Shown here one piece after another: positions 1 through 11,114 of a stretch of DNA of 64,000 bases. The stretch is from a virus (taxonomy: Duplodnaviria; Caudoviricetes). The DNA lies in the IMG/VR virus record IMGVR_UViG_3300002515_000003, positions 64,001-128,000 of that record; one strand, 5' to 3'. Below the pieces are notes generated by a model that saw nothing but the letters and a program-made list of their open reading frames with translations, ran no database searches and was not told where the DNA came from. Position numbers and translations under genes: made by a program. Position 1 is the first letter of the stretch, and the number at the start of each line of letters is the position of its first letter.

Positions 1-4
1 ACCT

Positions 5-1384
5 TTGACTCTAAAATTAAATATCGGAGAAATACAAAATCAATTAAGGCAAATTACTGCACAAACGGAACAATTTAAAGCTACTATGAGTTCTAGTATG
101 GGTCTCAACACTGGTGGGTTTGATAAAGTAATGACGACTGTTAGAGAAATAGAAGGTGGAATGGGAAAGGTAGCGAGTACGGTCACCACTATTTCAAGTA
201 ATATGGGTCAAGTTATTACAACTACAACAAAACATGTATCGTTAATCGGAGAAGCATTAAGTATACAAAATCAAATAAGTCAAGCTGTTGTAAAAACTAC
301 AGATAATTATAAAACACAATTAGCTATAAAAGAAAAATCTATCGCAATGGGTGAATCAGGCTTAATTCAACGTGAAAACGTACTATTAGCAGAAGCTACT
401 GCATTAATGACAAAGAAACTAAACTTAGAACAACAAATTAAAGTAGCAAAAGAAAGTGGAAATTTACCATTACAGAGAGCATTGATTTTAAGAGAACAGG
501 AAGTTGCACTTCAATTACAATCTGCGAGAGCTAGTTTATCTAATTCTAGTGAGGCAACTAAATCTACTTTATTACAAAGAGAAGTTGAAATAAGGGCAAG
601 TATTGTTCTTCAAAATGCTAAAATATTAGGTCAAGGACAATTAGAAGCTACTGAGATTAAACGAAGAATAGCATTATATCAGCAAGAAAAAGAATTACAA
701 ATGGCAGGAATGAATCAGAAATATGGTTCATCTATAAATACTGCAAATTTAGCACAAGCACAATTAGCTATAAGACAATTAGGAACATCTGGCATAACAA
801 GTCTTAGTCAATTAAATGCAAAAGAACAACAAGTAAATATGAGTTTGAAAGAAATAGGAGCAAATGCTAGAGTTGCATCAAATGCTTTAAAACAAACAGG
901 AGGTTTGAGTGGTGCATTTAATGGGTTAGTATCGAATATGAAAAGTATGGCAATTTGGAGTCTTACAGCAGGTGCTATATTTGGAACGGTTAATGCTATA
1001 AAAGAAGGTATTGGTTCAGCGTTAGAAATGGACAAAACCCTCTCAATTTTATCTATTACAATGAACGGTACAAAAAGTGATTTTCAAGCAATGGCTAAAG
1101 AAATACAAAGTACCGCTATAGCGACAGGTAGTTCAGTGGAAGCTGTATCAGATGCTAGTAAAATTTACGCAAATATGGGAGAAACTGCAAGTTCAATACT
1201 TGAAAAGACGCGTTCTGCAATTATGTTATCGAACGTCACAGGGCTTGATACATCACAAACAACAGATTCTGTGCATGCAATTTTAAACCAGTATAATGAA
1301 GTGGGAAAGACGGCTACGGTAACATCTGAGCATGTTGCAAATTCTCTAGTAGCAATAAGTAAAAATATGGCAATGGACTTCGGT
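5..1384 (+). CDS. Tape measure protein, exon 1 (5' end probably lies upstream of the window)
   Basis: Helical A/Q/K-rich ORF with TMP-core-like end (SAIMLSNVTGL...ISKNMAMDFG); frame is open to the window edge; ends at the U of a P1 U.G pair. Confidence 0.85.
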
Positions 1385-2568
1385 AGTCTAAAATGTGCCG
1401 ACTAGGGTAGAAATATTCCTATGAAGAAACAAACCAATATCGGTAGAAGCTAAATTATAAAAATAAATCCAATACCTCAATAAAAACTTTAATATGTCAC
1501 CAACATAAAAGTATAGAATATAGTAATATAAATATAATATAAAAAAGGAAGCGAAATTAATGAAAAATAAGTATGGTCAAATCTATATGATAACTAATAA
1601 AATAGATGGGAAAGTCTACATAGGTAAAACCGTGGGTAGAGATGTTCTCAAAGATAGATATAATGGTAATTTACTATCAACGCATAATTTACATTTAAAA
1701 AATTCTATTTTAAAATATGAAATACAGAATTTTGAGATTAGCACATTATGTTGGGCAAACTCAAATGAGGAATTAGGAAATAAAGAAAAAGAATATATTT
1801 TAAAATATGATGCAATGAATGATAAAAAAGGATATAACATGCATGAGGGTGGACAAGGTGGAAGAATGAGTGCTGAAATTAATCTTATAATTGGAGAAAA
1901 ATCAAAGGAGTTTTGGGATAGTCATTCTGAAAGAAAACTTGAACTTGCTAAAAGTATGGTTGGTGAAAATAATTTTCTTGTAAAGCTAGGTGGTCATAAC
2001 GATGAAACAAAATTAAAAATGAGTAATTCGAGAAAACAACTATTAAAAGACCATAAAGACATTTTAGATAAGTCATTGGAAGCTTGTAACACACCTCAAG
2101 CTATTAGAAATAGAGTAATATCACAAAGCAAATTTTGGAATATTCAATATGATTTAGGTATGAATGAATTAAATAGATTTCATACGATGAAGGATATGTA
2201 TAATTTTATGATTAAAAATAATATTGAGACAAATATAACTTATGGTGGATTTAAAAATAAGAGCAAACTGAATAAGGTGTTTGGTGAACACCAATATAAA
2301 GGATTTTATTGGAGAAAAATTGGGAAATGATTTTTATAACAAGCTAGTACCGAGATAAAGCACATTATAATAGATGTGGCTCATCGTAACGCATAGAAGT
2401 TGAAACTGTGTTTTAATGCAGAACAAAATACTTCCACGAGTGGTTTGCACCTAAACAAGTAAAGTTGAAGGTGAAAATGTATGCTAGACTGGGTAGTATT
2501 GACCTACCGATTAAAATGAGGGAAACCTCCAGAGCAGTAGATAAAAAGCTACTGGGTAATTACGTACG
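1385..2568 (+). mobile_element. Group I intron 1 in TMP, containing a GIY-YIG homing endonuclease
   Basis: P1 UCGGU(1380-1384)/GCCGA(1397-1401); P4 UCGGU/ACCGA flanks the ORF; P7 GCAUA/UAUGC; terminal G2568; removal joins MAMDFG to AGIEEITKG in frame. Confidence 0.88.
1560..2330 (+). CDS. Intron-encoded GIY-YIG homing endonuclease with NUMOD-like C-terminal repeats
   Basis: GQIYMITNKIDGKVYIGKT motif, conserved R/E and GYN; RBS AAGGAAG. Confidence 0.9.
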   Translation: MKNKYGQIYMITNKIDGKVYIGKTVGRDVLKDRYNGNLLSTHNLHLKNSILKYEIQNFEISTLCWANSNEELGNKEKEYILKYDAMNDKKGYNMHEGGQGGRMSAEINLIIGEKSKEFWDSHSERKLELAKSMVGENNFLVKLGGHNDETKLKMSNSRKQLLKDHKDILDKSLEACNTPQAIRNRVISQSKFWNIQYDLGMNELNRFHTMKDMYNFMIKNNIETNITYGGFKNKSKLNKVFGEHQYKGFYWRKIGK

Positions 2569-2668
2569 GCAGGTATAGAAGAAATAACTAAGGGAATTCA
2601 GGTAGTGGGAACAGTTTCGTCCCAAACAGCAAAACTTACCTCAGATGAAACAGAAGCAATGATTGGAG
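2569..2668 (+). CDS. Tape measure protein, micro-exon 2 (AGIEEITKGIQVVGTVSSQTAKLTSDETEAMIG); not in the ORF track
   Basis: Open frame between two intron cores; fills the TMP core before AIVEKTR...GNGLKTIMARI; 3' border is 2668 or 2669. Confidence 0.82.
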
Positions 2669-3073
2669 TAACAAAAATAATTTAATAATTATAGCTCCCT
2701 TTGTCAAGTAATTGGCATAGCAAATAACACATATATGCAGGTAACTCCTAAAGCCTTACACTAAAACGGAATAGCGAATAGCTATATATGGAATGGTACG
2801 AAAGTAGAAAAAACGTAAGGATGATTAAATGGTTAAATCCTAATTAATCGTAAACAATGGATGTTCATGCAGGGAATTAGCGAATAGCTTTGCCCTCAAC
2901 GACTATCTCGAAAGAGAGTAAAACCGTAAGCGATTGACGGAGGAAAAGTGTTACTCCTTATTTAATAAGGATGGTGAAATAGTCTCGACTCTATATGAGA
3001 GTATAGGAAGTTTATTATATTAAATTAATATAAAAGAACTGCTTGGATTTAGCAAATTTAGGTGAAGATTACG
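2669..3073 (+). ncRNA. Group I intron 2 in TMP (ORF-less, canonical P7)
   Basis: P1 GGAGU/GCUCC(2694-2698); CAACGACUA (~2897-2905) and AAAUAGUCU (~2977-2985) P7 strands; P9 hairpins; likely omega G3073; 5' border ambiguous by 1 nt. Confidence 0.85.
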
Positions 3074-6000
3074 CAATTGTAGAAAAAACTCGATTAGGTG
3101 GAGAAACTGTCGGAAATGGTCTAAAAACCATAATGGCAAGAATCTACCAATCAAAAAGTATAGACCCAGATGTTTCTGATGAAGATATGTCTAAAATGTC
3201 AGCGATGCTTAGTAAATTAGGAATACAAGTTCGTGACACTACTGGTGCTTATAGACCTCTAAATGATATTTTGCAGGAAATAAGAACTAAACAAGAAGGA
3301 CTTACTGATTCCCAGAAAATGGCAATTAATACACAGGCATCTGGAATTCGCCAAGCTAATATTTTTGCGAATGCTCTTAGTACTGTAGAAAAAGCACAGA
3401 CTCTAAGTAACGAGGCAACCAATTCAAACGGGGAACTACAAAATGCGAATAATAAGTACTTAGATACGGCTCAAGCAAAATGGAAAATATTGGGTTCTAC
3501 TATGACGGCAATGTGGCAGAATTCAGTATCTTCAGATGGAATTAAAGGAATGATTGATGGATTAACAGGAATTGTAAAAGTTTTTGGTAATTTAAAAACT
3601 ATAGCAATGGCAGTTGTAACAACATTGTTACTTTTTAAAGGAGTGGGAATTCTTAGTTTTTTTACAGCACTTCCTGCAAAAATAATTGGAAGTATTACAT
3701 CATTAACATTATATAGAAATATTTCTGCCACCGTACAAATGCAACAAGCAGGAATGATAACAACAAATCAAGCATTATCGTTCTCATTTAAAGCATTAGG
3801 TGTTTCAATAAAAACAGCTTTTCTCTCTAATCCGCTAGGTTGGATAGCATTAGGAATTACTGCTATAGCTAGTGCCTTTTCCTTTGCTAGTTCTCAAGCT
3901 AAAAAACTTCAAGAGAATAACGCAGAACTACTTACAACCTCTAAAGAAGCAACTAATGCCAATAATGAAAATTTAAAATACTTTCAAGAAGAGGGAAATT
4001 CATATGACACATTAAAAGACAAAGTAACATTAACCACTGCAGAAAAACAAAAACTTCAAGAAATTCAGACCAAAATAGGAGAACAATTTCCTCAATTAAT
4101 AAAGGGATATGATGCTGAAGGAAAAGTTATTATTGATAAAACTAAAAACGTAAAAGATTTAGTTGAAGCTTTAAAAGAACAAAACACACAACAACAAAAT
4201 ATATTATTAGCAAATGGGGGAGATGCTTTAAAAGGGTCTCAAAAAACAATCTCTAATAATAACGCTTCGAAAGTTGAAAATAATACAGAATTAAAAAAAC
4301 TAGAAACAGGAAATTATACTACTGGTCATAATGACGCACCTATATATGAATCAGAGAATATAACTGCCTATACTAAAAAAGTAGCAGACTTAACAAAACA
4401 ACAAAAAGATGGGAAAAATGTAACAGATGAATTAGCAAAAGCAACGGCAACATTAAAAGACTTAGAATATAAACGTTCTGATATATTAAACGCTAATTCA
4501 GTATTAGAATCAAAAAATAAAGATGAAATGGCTAAAATAACTCCATATATTAGTGCTGTTATTAGTCAGTATGAAGGATTAAATGATGTTCAAAAGAAAT
4601 TTGTTGAAAATAGTGTTGAATTAACTCCATCGGATTTAATGAAGTTTGGAGAAGGAGATTTTAGTGGATTAAGAACAGCAGTTAATGAACAAATTAAAAA
4701 ACTTTCTAACTCTAAAGAAGTTGTAGACCTTGATAATTTAATTAAAATAGAAAACCCAAATCCTGCACAAATAAAGGAATATTTTGATTTAATATTTTCA
4801 TTGGCGAAAAAAACTGGTAAAAATCCCATAGATTTATCAAAATTAATGCCACTACAAGGTGATTCAACAGAAATAGAAAAACAATTAAAAATTTATCTTG
4901 ATGAAGTTAATTCTAAAATGAAAAAAGAAAAAGACAGTAATAAAATAAAAGCGTTAAAAACACAAGCAGATACAATAAATAATATGATTATTGCAGTACA
5001 TGTTGAAGCAACAGAGGTTGATGATGCACAAGTTAAATTGGATAAACTAGCAACTGCTATAAAAGCTTTAACAACAACTTTTGACACATCTATGGATTCA
5101 ATATCTTCTTATAATAAACTTATTTCACAATTCGATGAAGATGGTAGTTTTTCTGCTGAATCTATAAAGGAAATAATTGACAGTCATCAAGAATTAGCTG
5201 GGTATTTAGGCGATGAACCACTTCTCTATAATAAAATAAGTGAAGCAATGAATGCTTCGAAAAATACCGCAAATAAAGCTTATGCAGAAATGATGGCTTC
5301 TAATGAAGCTTACTATACCTCAAATATTAAAGGAACAGACATAATTAAAAAAGCATTAGGCTCTTATTATGATGAATTATCAGTAGACCAAAAAAATGAT
5401 TTAGAAAATTCTAAAACACTGGCAGAAAGTAAATTAATTGTTGAAAAATCACTCATTTCAAGATTAGCCTCAGCTTGGGATGCTTATAATAAAGCTGTTA
5501 GTGATGTCCTAAGTAAACATACTGAGTTAGCAACAAGGGCAGAGGGAAATGAAGCAGGAGATGAGCACACTGATGCTCTTTTAAGTCGGCTAGTTGGAAA
5601 CAATAAAGCAGTGCAAGATGCCTACACTTCGGCACAAAGTATACAGTCTCAAATTGATAAAATCGATACTTCTTTTAGCAATATTACTGCCAACATAAAA
5701 GCTCCAAACATTGATTCTTATGGTGCCTCTGTGGAAAAAGCAACTGATTCAACTAATAAGCTTACTGAGGCAGATAAAGCTTTAACTCAAGCCAATAAAG
5801 ATTTAGCACAAGCTACAAAACAATCAAAAAACGCAACAGATGATTATGATAATGCTATGAAATCTTTATCTGTACAAATGAAATTACTTGATTCGAGTCA
5901 ATCTAAACTTGAGGAACATTCTAAAGCTTACCGAGATGGAATTGAAAAGAAAATAACATTGTTAAAACAAGAATTAGATATAACTAAAAAATCTATGGTT

Positions 6001-6787
6001 GTGAATCAAGCTAATGCCAAAATATTACAATCACTTGAAGGTACTGCAAATATAGCTAGTGCTAATTCTGTATCTTCTAAAGCAGGACAAGACGTAGTAG
6101 CCGAAGCAAAGAAATATCTTGGAACTCCTTACGTATGGGGAGGTTCTAATACAAATGGTTTTGATTGTAGTGGGTTGGTACAATATGTATATAAACAACT
6201 TGGAGTAGATATAGGAAGAACAACATATGACCAAGTTAAACAAGGTACATCGGTAGCTAAAAAGGATTTACAAGCAGGTGATATTGTATTTTTTGGAGAC
6301 GCATCAAGCCCTCATCATGAAGGAATGTATATTGGTGATGGTAAGTTTATTCAAGCACCAAAAACAGGTGATGTTGTTAAAATATCACAATTAAATAGCA
6401 GAAGTGATTATGCAGGAGCTAGACGTATTTTAAGTGGTGGCTCTTCGGCAAGCAAATCTTCTACATCATCAAGTTCTTCAAGTAGTGGTTCATATGCAGG
6501 AGGATATGCAAATGGTAAATATAAAGATTGGATAAATCAAGCAGGAGCAAAATATGGAATTGACCCAAATATAATTGCAGGAATTATTCAAACCGAATCA
6601 AGTTTTGACCCTACTCAGAAAAATGCAAGTGGACATGTTGGATTAGGACAATTTTCAGCTTCTACTGCTAAAGAAGTTGGGTTAACAAATAGAACAGATG
6701 CTCAATCCTCTATAAATGCAATAGCTAAATATTTAAAAACAAGAATTGGATGGGCAGGTGGAGATGTCAATAAAGGCATCATGGGCT
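3074..6787 (+). CDS. Tape measure protein, exon 3, with NlpC/P60 peptidase and N-terminal part of an SLT lytic transglycosylase domain
   Basis: GNGLKTIMARI TMP core; LGTPYVWGG...GFDCSGLVQY...HEGMYIG (NlpC/P60); IIQTESSF...GLGQF (SLT). Confidence 0.92.
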
Positions 6788-7072
6788 AATTCTCAAATTG
6801 GCGTTTTAAATAGAAATATTTATTATTATTAGTGAGGAAAATCGGTGAAGAGTGAGAATCTTAATACCGAGAGGGGTTGTATCACAATTCCTTGTAGAGC
6901 GTAGAAGGTGAGCGTTATGAAAGCAATAATCCTTCCAAGAGTCTTCGCCACATTAGCAAGTAAAGTTGAATGTGAAAATGTACGCCGAACTGTGCTCGAA
7001 TTAACGAGTTGTAATGGAGTAAAATGAACTCCCAGAACATAGGGATAAAAAACCTTATGGATAACACAATTG
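6788..7072 (+). ncRNA. Group I intron 3 in TMP (ORF-less, 285 nt), inside the SLT domain
   Basis: P1 with U6787.G6800; P7 GCGUA/UACGC; omega G7072; splicing rebuilds codon TAT, giving KGIMGYGEGTTAYLNRVLG. Confidence 0.9.
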
Positions 7073-8610
7073 ATGGAGAAGGAACAACTGCTTACTTAAA
7101 TAGAGTATTAGGTAATACACCTAAAGGTGGAAGTAGTTCGTCAGGTATTTCAAGTAGTGCAGATACTTCTGTAACAGATGGAGGTTCTGATAATCTTTTA
7201 TCTACAATAGACAGTCAAAGAAATGCAATAATTGAGTTAGAAGACCAAATTATAGAGCAAATGTTTGTTAAAGTTAAAAATGTCTTATCAGAATATGATG
7301 ACAGAGTTACAGATATAACTAAGAAAAATAGTACTCTAAAAAATGAATCAGATGATACTTTAGATGGAAATAGACGAGTAGAAATATCTAAAGAAATTGA
7401 TAAAAATCTAACACAAGAATTATCATTAACTAAAGAAAAAGAAGCATATATAAAACGTGAAATAGCAAGTAGAAAATATACGGTAGGACAAGTTGCTGAG
7501 TTAAACTCACAGTTGTTGGAAGTTTTAGATTCTGAATCATCTATTAGTTTAGAAATTCAACAACAATATAATGATAAAATTACTATTATTCAATCTGCGG
7601 AAAGTAAAATTACTGAAATAATTAATAAACAAGTTGAAAAACGTAAGAAAATAATCTCCGACCAATATGATGCTGAGAAAAAAGCTATTACAGATACTCA
7701 AGCTTTATATTCAAAGCAAAATACTACAGATGATTATAATAAAAATTTAACTACAGAACAAAAATCTTTATCAGATATTAACGCTTCAATTACTTCTGCA
7801 AGTAGAGATACTTCAAGTAGTGGATTAGCAAGAGTTGCACAATTAAAACTAGATTTAAAAACTCAACAAGATAAAATTGATGCAATGGTTTTAGATAGAG
7901 GAAGAGCTTTAAATAATGATAAATATGATACAGAATTAACTAAATTAGATGACCAAAATACTGCGACATTAAAGAAAATGGATGAAACTTATTCTGAAGA
8001 GAATATAAATAAAATGGCGAGTGCAAGTGTTGCAAGTGGAGTGTTGACAGATATCAATGATAAGGTTGTTTCATTAAATTCAGCTTATATTGCATTTGAA
8101 AATGAATTTGGTGAAGGAATGTCTGCTATGGGAGATAGTATAAAAGCCAATCTAATAGCAACATTAACGCAAGCAAGTGGATTAATGAAATCTATGGGAA
8201 TTGATAGTTCAACTGTGAGTGCTAAAAAATTAGTGGACGGAAGTCACGAATCAGGGTTAAAAAATGTCCCAAAAAATGGGTATATAGCAGAATTACATAA
8301 AGACGAAGGAGTATTAACGAAAGAAGAAAATACAGAATATAAGAAATTAAAGGCAATGGGAATATTAAATAATTTAGGACAAATTGCTAAAGGTAAATTT
8401 AATAATCTTTTGACTAATTTTAATATACCTAAATCGAATAATGTTGATATGAGCAATGTAAAATCTCAAGGTTCAACATCACCTGTTATTAATTTTAATA
8501 AAGCATTTATGGAAATAGGAAGTGTAAGTAATGACATAGATATGGAAAAATGGGCTATTAAAGCAAGAGATATGGCAACTAGTGCAATCTATGATGCAAT
8601 AAAAGCATAA
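7073..8610 (+). CDS. Tape measure protein, exon 4 (end of SLT domain and C-terminus)
   Basis: In frame after intron 3; GSHESGLKNVPKNGYIAELHKDEGVLT motif typical of TMP C-termini. Confidence 0.9.
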
Positions 8611-8637
8611 ACATTAATAACTAAATCACATCCATTT

Positions 8638-8668
8638 AGAGGAGGAGATAAAATCCCTTCTCTTTTCT
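8638..8668 (+). terminator. Putative intrinsic terminator after TMP
   Basis: AGAGGAGG/CCTTCTCT stem followed by T tract. Confidence 0.5.
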
Positions 8669-8736
8669 TATGTAAATAATGAACTAAAATATAGATAAAT
8701 AAGAATATAAAATATAATACAAAAGGAGGTTATAAT

Positions 8737-9531
8737 ATGAGTTTTTCGGGATTAAATTTTAAATGGAATAATATAGAAAATACAGAATTAGACATTGTAC
8801 TTGTTAGAACTTCTACTGGAACAATTACACAATCATTATCCTCGCCTAAAACATTTGCAACAGAACATGTAAAATTTGGAGACACATATTTTTATGGTTC
8901 TGACCAAAGTACATATAATTTAAACTTCTCAGTGATGAAATCGAATATGGACGAAGAGCCGTTTACCAATGAAGAGAGGATGGATTTGATGAGATATTTT
9001 TGTCCTGACAATAATTTCCATCCGTTTATTTCAGAAGATTTTGACGAAGAATCAGGTCAACAAATTGAGTTCTGGGTGCAATTTAACAAGGCACAATTTA
9101 CAAGTTTTAGAAAGAATGTAGGTGTGTATGAGCTTGAGGCTACCTCAAATGCACCTTATCCATTCTCAGAATTAATGACTTCTTCATTTATTTCAAAACA
9201 AGATGACAATATAATGCAAATTTCTAATAATTGTAATACTCAACCTTTTTATACTCCTACTTGTCTTAATATATCACTTTTAAACGATGCAACTAGTTTC
9301 TCATTAAGAAATTTAAATACAGGTAAATTACTTGAGTTTAAGGATTTAGATAAACTTGAGAAAATATCAATTAACTCAAGACAAGAAATTATAAGTAATA
9401 CAGGTAAAATAAGAATAGATAATTTTAATTTCGGATTTGGAGCACTTGACCTAGCTTTTGGAATAAATGACCTTGAAATCTCCGTTGATTGTGAGATAGA
9501 ATTTCAAATGCAATATCCAATACAAATATAA
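8737..9531 (+). CDS. Distal tail protein (Dit)-like
   Basis: Directly after TMP; 264 aa; APYPFS and LAFGINDLEI motifs of Dit family; strong RBS AAGGAGG. Confidence 0.8.
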   Translation: MSFSGLNFKWNNIENTELDIVLVRTSTGTITQSLSSPKTFATEHVKFGDTYFYGSDQSTYNLNFSVMKSNMDEEPFTNEERMDLMRYFCPDNNFHPFISEDFDEESGQQIEFWVQFNKAQFTSFRKNVGVYELEATSNAPYPFSELMTSSFISKQDDNIMQISNNCNTQPFYTPTCLNISLLNDATSFSLRNLNTGKLLEFKDLDKLEKISINSRQEIISNTGKIRIDNFNFGFGALDLAFGINDLEISVDCEIEFQMQYPIQI

Positions 9532-9605
9532 TAATATAAATGCAATATAGATGGTAATTGATTGGAGTAATTAGCTGTGAAGAATAGTGATTACTCCATA
9601 TTTAC

Positions 9606-9701
9606 GTGGATAGGGAGAGCTACCCGATAAGTATACATTCCTAAGTATACTTCCACTGTTTTAAATTAGGAAATTTAGATTCATTAGGAGGAGTTTAATT
9701 A
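9606..9701 (+). promoter_or_regulatory. Structured 5' leader (three-way junction, anti-SD loop), copy 1
   Basis: GTGGA/TCCAC outer stem; GGG-AGAGCTA-CCC hairpin; AAGTATAC/GTATACTT hairpin whose loop ATTCCTAA complements TTAGGA at 9666 and 9684 (RBS). Confidence 0.65.
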
Positions 9702-11090
9702 ATGGGATTAATAACAGAAAAGGTAATTATGAAATGGAATGGAAGAACTGCTAAATATTATAAAGAAAAGGGATATATTTTTACGAAGTGGTATGATGAA
9801 TTTGAAATTAAAGTAAAAGATTTAAGTAATGGGAGTAATCTTTCAGTGGACATAGAATGTGATTGTTGCAATAAAATATTAAAAAATGTTCAATGGTATA
9901 AATATATAAATAGCATTAAAAATGACGGAAAATATTACTGTCAAAAGTGTTCAATGAAATTATATTCAACAAAAAACATGGTAAAAACTAAATTATTAAG
10001 AGGTAAGTCTTTAGAACAATGGTGTATTGAAAACAAAAGAGAAGATATCTTAACTCGTTGGGATTATGAATTAAATGAATGTTCACCAAGTGATATATGT
10101 TATAGTGCAAATGGTAAAGATAAAAAAGGTTATTGGTTTAAATGTGAAAGAAATATTCATCCAAGTGAATTAAAAATTATTCACATTTATAATACCAAAG
10201 ACTCAGTTATAAGCAAGTGTAGTAAATGCAACTCATTTGCACAATGGGGAATTGATAATATTTGTTCTGATTTTTTAGAAAAGTATTGGTCTAATAAAAA
10301 CATATTAAATCCTTGGGAAATTGGACATTCATCTAATAAAAAGATATATATAATATGTCAAGAAAAAGAATATCATGAAGATTACCCAGCAACATCTGGA
10401 AGTTTTATAAGAAAAGTTAGATGTTCAAATTTTCATGGAAAAGTACATCTATTGGATAGTTTAGGAACATTATTTCCTGAATCTTTAAAATATTGGTCTA
10501 ATAAAAATATAAAAACTCCATTTGAATATACACCCAAAACAAAACAGAAAGTTTGGTGGAAATGCCCTGATGGGAAACATAAAGACTTTTATAGAGGTAT
10601 AGGTGATTCTAACGCATGCGATTTTAGATGCGTAGATTGCACAAGAGAAAGAGATGAATCCATGTTGCAAGAAAAAACTAGATTGTATTTAAATGAGTTG
10701 GGATATCAAGTGCTACATGAAAATAAGTGTACTCTAAACCCTAAAAATATAGTTGTACCTCCAAATAATAGAAGAACTAAAAAGTTAAGATATGATAATG
10801 AAATAATAGTAAAAGGGGTTCATTTTTTGATAGAAGTAAATGGTGGGCAACATTATATAATAAATACGTGGCATGAGCATATCGCCAAAAAATATAATAC
10901 CACACCACAACAAGAATTAGATTATCAGATAGCAAAAGATAAATATAAAAAAGAATATTCAATTTCTAATGGGTATGAATACTTAGCAATACCTTATTGG
11001 GAATTTGATAAAAACGACATATATAAATCAAGTATTTATAATAAAATACAAGAAATTTTAAATAAATCAATATGTAATAATATAAAATAA
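9702..11090 (+). CDS. Free-standing putative homing endonuclease: conserved N-domain, Cys-rich Zn-ribbon repeats and a C-terminal PD-(D/E)XK (Vsr/DUF559-like) nuclease
   Basis: WFKC/WWKC-xxGxH repeats; RYD...LIEVNGGQH...DKYK...IPYWE. Confidence 0.75.
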   Translation: MGLITEKVIMKWNGRTAKYYKEKGYIFTKWYDEFEIKVKDLSNGSNLSVDIECDCCNKILKNVQWYKYINSIKNDGKYYCQKCSMKLYSTKNMVKTKLLRGKSLEQWCIENKREDILTRWDYELNECSPSDICYSANGKDKKGYWFKCERNIHPSELKIIHIYNTKDSVISKCSKCNSFAQWGIDNICSDFLEKYWSNKNILNPWEIGHSSNKKIYIICQEKEYHEDYPATSGSFIRKVRCSNFHGKVHLLDSLGTLFPESLKYWSNKNIKTPFEYTPKTKQKVWWKCPDGKHKDFYRGIGDSNACDFRCVDCTRERDESMLQEKTRLYLNELGYQVLHENKCTLNPKNIVVPPNNRRTKKLRYDNEIIVKGVHFLIEVNGGQHYIINTWHEHIAKKYNTTPQQELDYQIAKDKYKKEYSISNGYEYLAIPYWEFDKNDIYKSSIYNKIQEILNKSICNNIK

Positions 11091-11114
11091 ATATCAAGAA
11101 AGGAGAGAAAATAA

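Noticed and set aside
1385-7072. Reading the TMP as three separate genes or as a pseudogene; ORF starts at 3043 and 7024
   Set aside because: The gaps contain group I intron cores, and the N-termini MDLANLGEDY and MNSQNIGIKNLMDNTI are intron sequence
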